From: Podarcis erhardii | Lineage: Eukaryota | NCBI GenBank assembly: GCA_964252035.1 | Contig: OZ176201.1 | Strand: one strand, 5' to 3' | Length of the DNA: 64,000 nucleotides | Shown: positions 59,823 to 64,000 of the stretch, piece after piece | Numbering within the stretch: the stretch's first letter is position 1 | Layout: the number at the start of each line of letters is the position of its first letter | Made by a program: the position numbers and the translations under genes | The notes under the pieces: generated by a model | Database searches by the model: none | Told to the model about the DNA's origin: nothing | Seen by the model: only the letters and a program-made list of their open reading frames with translations

Positions 59823-61195
59823 CAGCGGCGTAGCGTGGGTTGTCAGCACCCGGGGCAAGGCAAGTAATTTGCGCCCCACGCCGTGGTGCCCCCCCACCAA
59901 GCCTCTATATTCTGCGCTTGTGAGGCTTGGCTGCTGGCCCTCCGTGGCCTGGCAACAGACTCAAGAGACCGGCCGTGGTGGCGCTGGAGGGCTGGTCTGG
60001 GGCCCGAGAGAAGCCTCGGAGAGTTCTCGCTAGGTTGACCTCGCAGCCTGGGCTACCCTGCGGGGCTGTTGTGAAAGGCGAAGGCGAGCAGCAGCGTGGC
60101 TCGCAGCGGAGCAAAGGGCACAACCACAGCGCCGGGACGTGCCCTTTGCTTGTGCCCCTTTGCTGGGGAGGCTGAGAAGGGCGCCCCTTTGCTGCGCTCC
60201 CCCAGGAGGTCCCCCAGGAGCAGAGCCCGCTGCCTGCGCTGGCAAGGAGGATGAGCCCAGCTGGCAGGCCGGCCAGAGAGGAGCCTCGTGGGCAGTGAGT
60301 GGCTGGCTCCTTGCGGGCGCCGGTGGTGGCGGCGGCGGCAGCGCAACTCCCTCCGGCCGCGAGAGGCGGGCAGCAGCCGGGCCTCGGACCTGCGGCCAGG
60401 AGCGCTGCCTCTTCCTGCGCCCCGAGGGCTCCCCACGCCCAGCAACCCGGGGAAAGCGCCGCACCACCTGTGGGTCCGCCGCCTCGCATCCGCTCGCCTT
60501 AGTTGCCGGGCGAGGCAAGCGCTCCTGCCTCGCATCCGCGGGGGGTTCGCGGCCAGGCCGGCCGGCCTGCGACTAGCCAGGCCCTGGGGCGGGGGGCGCT
60601 CCCTGCTTCCACCACTGGCCCCTGAACCCCAAGGCTGAGGCTCATGGCGCGCACCCCGGCTTGCAGCTCCTCCACCGCCCTTCCAATGGGGCAGCGACGT
60701 GCAGGCGCGCTCTCTGTCCCCAGCCGAAGCCGAGGGCGGCTTCTGGTAGCCCCGGGGCAGGCGGCGGAGGGGGGTCGCTGGCTGCAGCCGCCTCGCCTCG
60801 CCTCCGTTCTCCTCTCGAATCAGACACAGACAGCTGCTGACAGCGAGAAGAAGGGGCGGGGGCGGAGAAGTGCGACGTGGGCAGCGGGAGGCGGCTGGGG
60901 GGGGCTCGCAAGAGAAGCGCGCCCCGCGGGACTGAACCAGGTGCCTCTCCTCGGCTCCCGCAAGGTGACGTGCCCGTCTTGTGCTCTCCGCAAAAGGCGC
61001 CAGATCAAAGCGGCGAACGGTACAGATCCACGCCACGCCCCCCGTGGAACAGTTGTGCCCCCCACATCACAGGCAGCTCAGAGTTAAACTCTGCGCCCGA
61101 GGCTCTTCGGCGACTCCGGAGGCGGCGAGTGCGCCCCCCCAGATGTTGCGCCCGGTGCGGCCGGCCCCCCCTGCACCCCCCACGCTACGCCACTG
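59823..61195. mobile_element. Non-autonomous hAT-type element, 1373 bp, with CpG-island-like cargo
   Basis: TIRs CAGCGGCGTAGCGTGGG (59823-59839) and revcomp CAGTGGCGTAGCGTGGG (61179-61195), 16/17 identical. Perfect 8 bp TSD GCTGCAGC at 59815-59822 and 61196-61203. GC and CpG content drop abruptly outside the TIRs. Confidence 0.92.
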
Positions 61196-62772
61196 GCTGC
61201 AGCAGAATGAATTTCTAGAATGAGCTTTCAGATTCACAGAGAGAAAACACGGTCCAAGTATGGAGGAAGGGCTACCACTTGTCTGAGTCTCTAGCAGGCA
61301 AGTCAGGAATCAAGCTTAAAGTTTAAGAGAATGAAGGCAGGAAGTCTGCACAGCAGCATTTGGTGTTGCCAACTTTACCTTACCACTTAACCAGAAGCAT
61401 CAGAAGTAAGTGGGAATGTCCATAGAAGTTCTTTTACACACCTGGTTAGAAAGCAGCCATGCAGGCTGTGGACTGGGTTCATCTCTTTGACTAGTATAGG
61501 CTTTCTGAGACATGCATATAATCAATACAGGAATAGCAGTTGTTGAATTTGATAAAATTAGCCTGGACACTTCCCTACAGTTAAGCAAATTCTTAGCAAT
61601 AATATACAGTAGTCCCTTTGTATAGGACTAATACCCGCATAACACAGCTAAAATAGGAATACTGAACTGTGTTATGGAGCAGCTTTGGGTAGACAGAAGA
61701 ATAAAGACTGGGGAAATTGTAGATGGGATGGGGGTTAAAAACCTATTCCCCAGTGCTGTAGCTCTGATCTAAAATCCACCACAAGCTTTTGACATTTGAG
61801 GTGGGCGGGGGGGAGAGTGGACAATCCAATCACAGATCTCCTGGTGTCATATCTGGTTTCATCCCCAAAATGAAAGAGATTGTGGCTCTCATAGAGTACC
61901 ACCTACAGAGAAAAACAATATGCTGAAATACAGTGCCTCACTTCCAAAAAGCTTGCAGCCAAAAAGAAGAGCTCTTGGCAGAGGAATTTCAGATGGAGGA
62001 GTTTGGAATAACTACGAAATAAGAAAATAGATCTTCCAAACCAGTTTTCATAATTACATCTCCAGGGCCAGACTGCACAACACCTGCTCTGACACAATGA
62101 CAGTATTTTCTCACCCTTCACAGTACTTCAAAAAGGAGGAAATGTATTTTGCATATATTTCCAAAACAACGTAACTGCAGGCTGAGGGAAGAAAACACAA
62201 CACAATCCAAAACCAGGGACAGCAAACAAGCATAACCACTGGAATTTGAGGAGGCAAAAAAATGATGTAAGCAGGAAGGCTTGATTTGTATGCTTTGCTT
62301 GAACAGTCCTTAATAGTCAATATGATGCAGTTGTCTAACATAATTATGCCATGCAGTTGCATAGTAAGAATGGCGATTTTCTACATGTTTTGCTCCTCTT
62401 GCCTTGCAAAATTGCTAAATGACTTTTAATGAAATTCTAAAAACTGTACACAAAGGTCCTTTATGACCGCAACTCTTCAAAAAGGGGATCAGTATAATTA
62501 CCAGGAGCTGCAGTGTTTCAGGGTAACATCACTCAGATAATGTATAAATACTAAAAAGTTATTAGGCATAAGGGTAGGCAGTCAGGCTTAATAGCATTTA
62601 ATCAACTTCAGGATGCAGGGGCAAACAATGCTTGTTATAGCTTGCACTAGGCATTATCAAGATGAGAAACCCGGGGACCCAGACTGAAGTTTTGTGTGTG
62701 TGGAGGGCAGGACAATTGTGTGAGCAAGTTAAACAGCACCTAATGTGATTAGAAAGTTGAGTACCACTCAAG

Positions 62773-62886
62773 AGTATCACCAACTTTTACTCAACAGTAG
62801 ACCTACTGAATTAATGAACATGACTAAGTTAGGTCTATAATTTCAATAAGTCTACTCTGAGTAAAGCTTGGTTGAATACTACCCCA
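62773..62886. mobile_element. Palindromic MITE-like element
   Basis: Arms TTACTCAACAGTAGACCTACTGAA / TTCAATAAGTCTACTCTGAGTAA. Confidence 0.55.
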
Positions 62887-63092
62887 CAACACAGCCAACA
62901 TATTTTCAAAACACATCTTTACAACCACTAGGGCACGTTAAGCTAAGGTTCTTTGCAACCCAAATTCTGTGCAGCATGCAATATTCTGTGTGGAGTTCTT
63001 ATCCCTTTTCTCTTGCGCATTGACTTCTATACACAAAATTACAGATGGTCCTGCTCAGAGGCCCTCTCCGGTTCCCTCCTTCTCCTCCTCAC

Positions 63093-63270
63093 CTGGAAGC
63101 TCTTCCATGCTGTTGACAGGACTGAAGTAGTTCTTGAGAGCACTGTAGCTATTCATAGCCACACTCAGATAAAATTCTGGCATAAAAGCAAAGAGCGAAC
63201 CAATCCTGTCTCCATGCTCAATAGTGCGGATGCATACCCGTAGCAGCCAGTATATATCTTGCATCTTCTC
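63093..63270 (-). CDS. RNF123: RNF123 exon: [20 protein letters not shown]...SMEELP
   Basis: 178 nt, AG/GT flanks. Confidence 0.96.
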
Positions 63271-63333
63271 CTGAAAAGGAGCAATTCCTAGTCAGTTTGT
63301 ATCTCAACTGGCATGAAATAATATACCTAAGTG

Positions 63334-63471
63334 CAGGGGCAGGGAACCTGTGGTCCAGCAGATGTTGTTGGACTCCAATAACCATCAGCCTCAGGCAGCA
63401 TGGCTAACCATCAGGGATGAGGCAAGTTGTAGTTCAGCAACATTTGGGGGGCCACAGGTTCCCCGCACCCA
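63334..63471. mobile_element. hAT-type palindromic MITE
   Basis: CAGGGGCAGGGAACCTGTGG ... CCACAGGTTCCCCGCACCC arms plus the family core. Confidence 0.7.
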
Positions 63472-63746
63472 GATCAGAGTAAATACTACTGAGGAAATGA
63501 AAGAAAAGGAGGTCAACAATTTTGTGCAAAAGCAGGAAAAATGCAGATGAATTTACTGCTAAAACCCAAGATTTTTCTGTAATAAAAATGAACTTTACCA
63601 GGATATATTAACAGAAGCACAACATATAAGACTTGGGAAGAAATGGTGCAGTTCCATTCAGCATTGGCCAGGCCAGAACTGGAATTTATGGCCCAAGCTT
63701 AAGTGAGGCACCTCACTGATATTATGTGTACTACTTTCCTTCTCAC

Positions 63747-63854
63747 CTTTGAATAAATGGTAACGTTGATCCAAGCAAGTCGGCGACTCAGGTGATTAAG
63801 TTTCTCTGAGAAAACCTTCTGACTTTTCACCAGTTCATCGTGGATGTCTCTTCT
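63747..63854 (-). CDS. RNF123: RNF123 exon: [36 protein letters not shown] (gene continues beyond the window)
   Basis: 108 nt. The 14 exons sum to 1536 nt = 511 aa plus stop with all phases consistent. Confidence 0.94.
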
Positions 63855-64000
63855 CTGAATTGGACACGGGGGGGGGGGATGAAGAGCAATGGTGCATATG
63901 TTTTCCTGCTTTCAGAAGCATGTACACAGCAAGTCCAGTACTTCACAAAAGCCTTACCACAATCACAGGATGTTCTTCTAATGTGGAGGAAAAGCATGAG

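Noticed and set aside
59823-61195. Native RNF123 alternative promoter
   Set aside because: Boundaries coincide exactly with TIRs and an 8 bp TSD, indicating an insertion.
59905-61223. ORFs up to 327 aa in the second CpG island as a gene or transposase
   Set aside because: All frames are open because of GC content. No BED finger, DDE or hAT dimerisation motif, and no protein I recognise.
1-64000. CRISPR arrays, rRNA, operons, snoRNA/miRNA
   Set aside because: Spliced vertebrate locus. No regularly spaced repeats or rRNA seen. Hairpins found are explained by MITEs; an Rfam scan would be needed to exclude small RNAs.

Overview
Vertebrate genomic DNA, most likely a squamate reptile. The repeat complement (Sauria-type SINE, CR1/L2/L1 fragments, abundant hAT and Tc1/mariner MITEs) suggests a lacertid-like lizard; this is inference. 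The window holds three genes: (1) complete GMPPB on + (9 coding exons, 1083 nt, 360 aa) with a CpG-island promoter; (2) the last 14 coding exons of RNF123/KPC1 on - (511 aa ending in the C3HC4 RING), convergent with GMPPB; (3) intronless AMIGO3 on + (527-codon ORF) nested antisense in a 29.8 kb RNF123 intron. The most striking observation is that the second CpG island (59.8-61.2 kb) is not a host promoter in situ. It is a 1373 bp element bounded by 17 bp terminal inverted repeats and a perfect 8 bp target-site duplication. It has no transposase, and its interior is a patchwork of promoter/first-exon-like GC-rich DNA, so it is a candidate Pack-type hAT element that moves CpG islands. Other leads: a possible divergent gene sharing the GMPPB promoter, probable overlapping GMPPB/RNF123 3' UTRs, an AG|GT recursive-splice/microexon candidate in the long intron, a sense L1 with TSD and poly(A) signal in GMPPB, and an interstitial telomere-like tract. 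Gene identities come from recalled similarity to human proteins; no searches were run. Repeat boundaries are approximate unless a TIR/TSD is stated.
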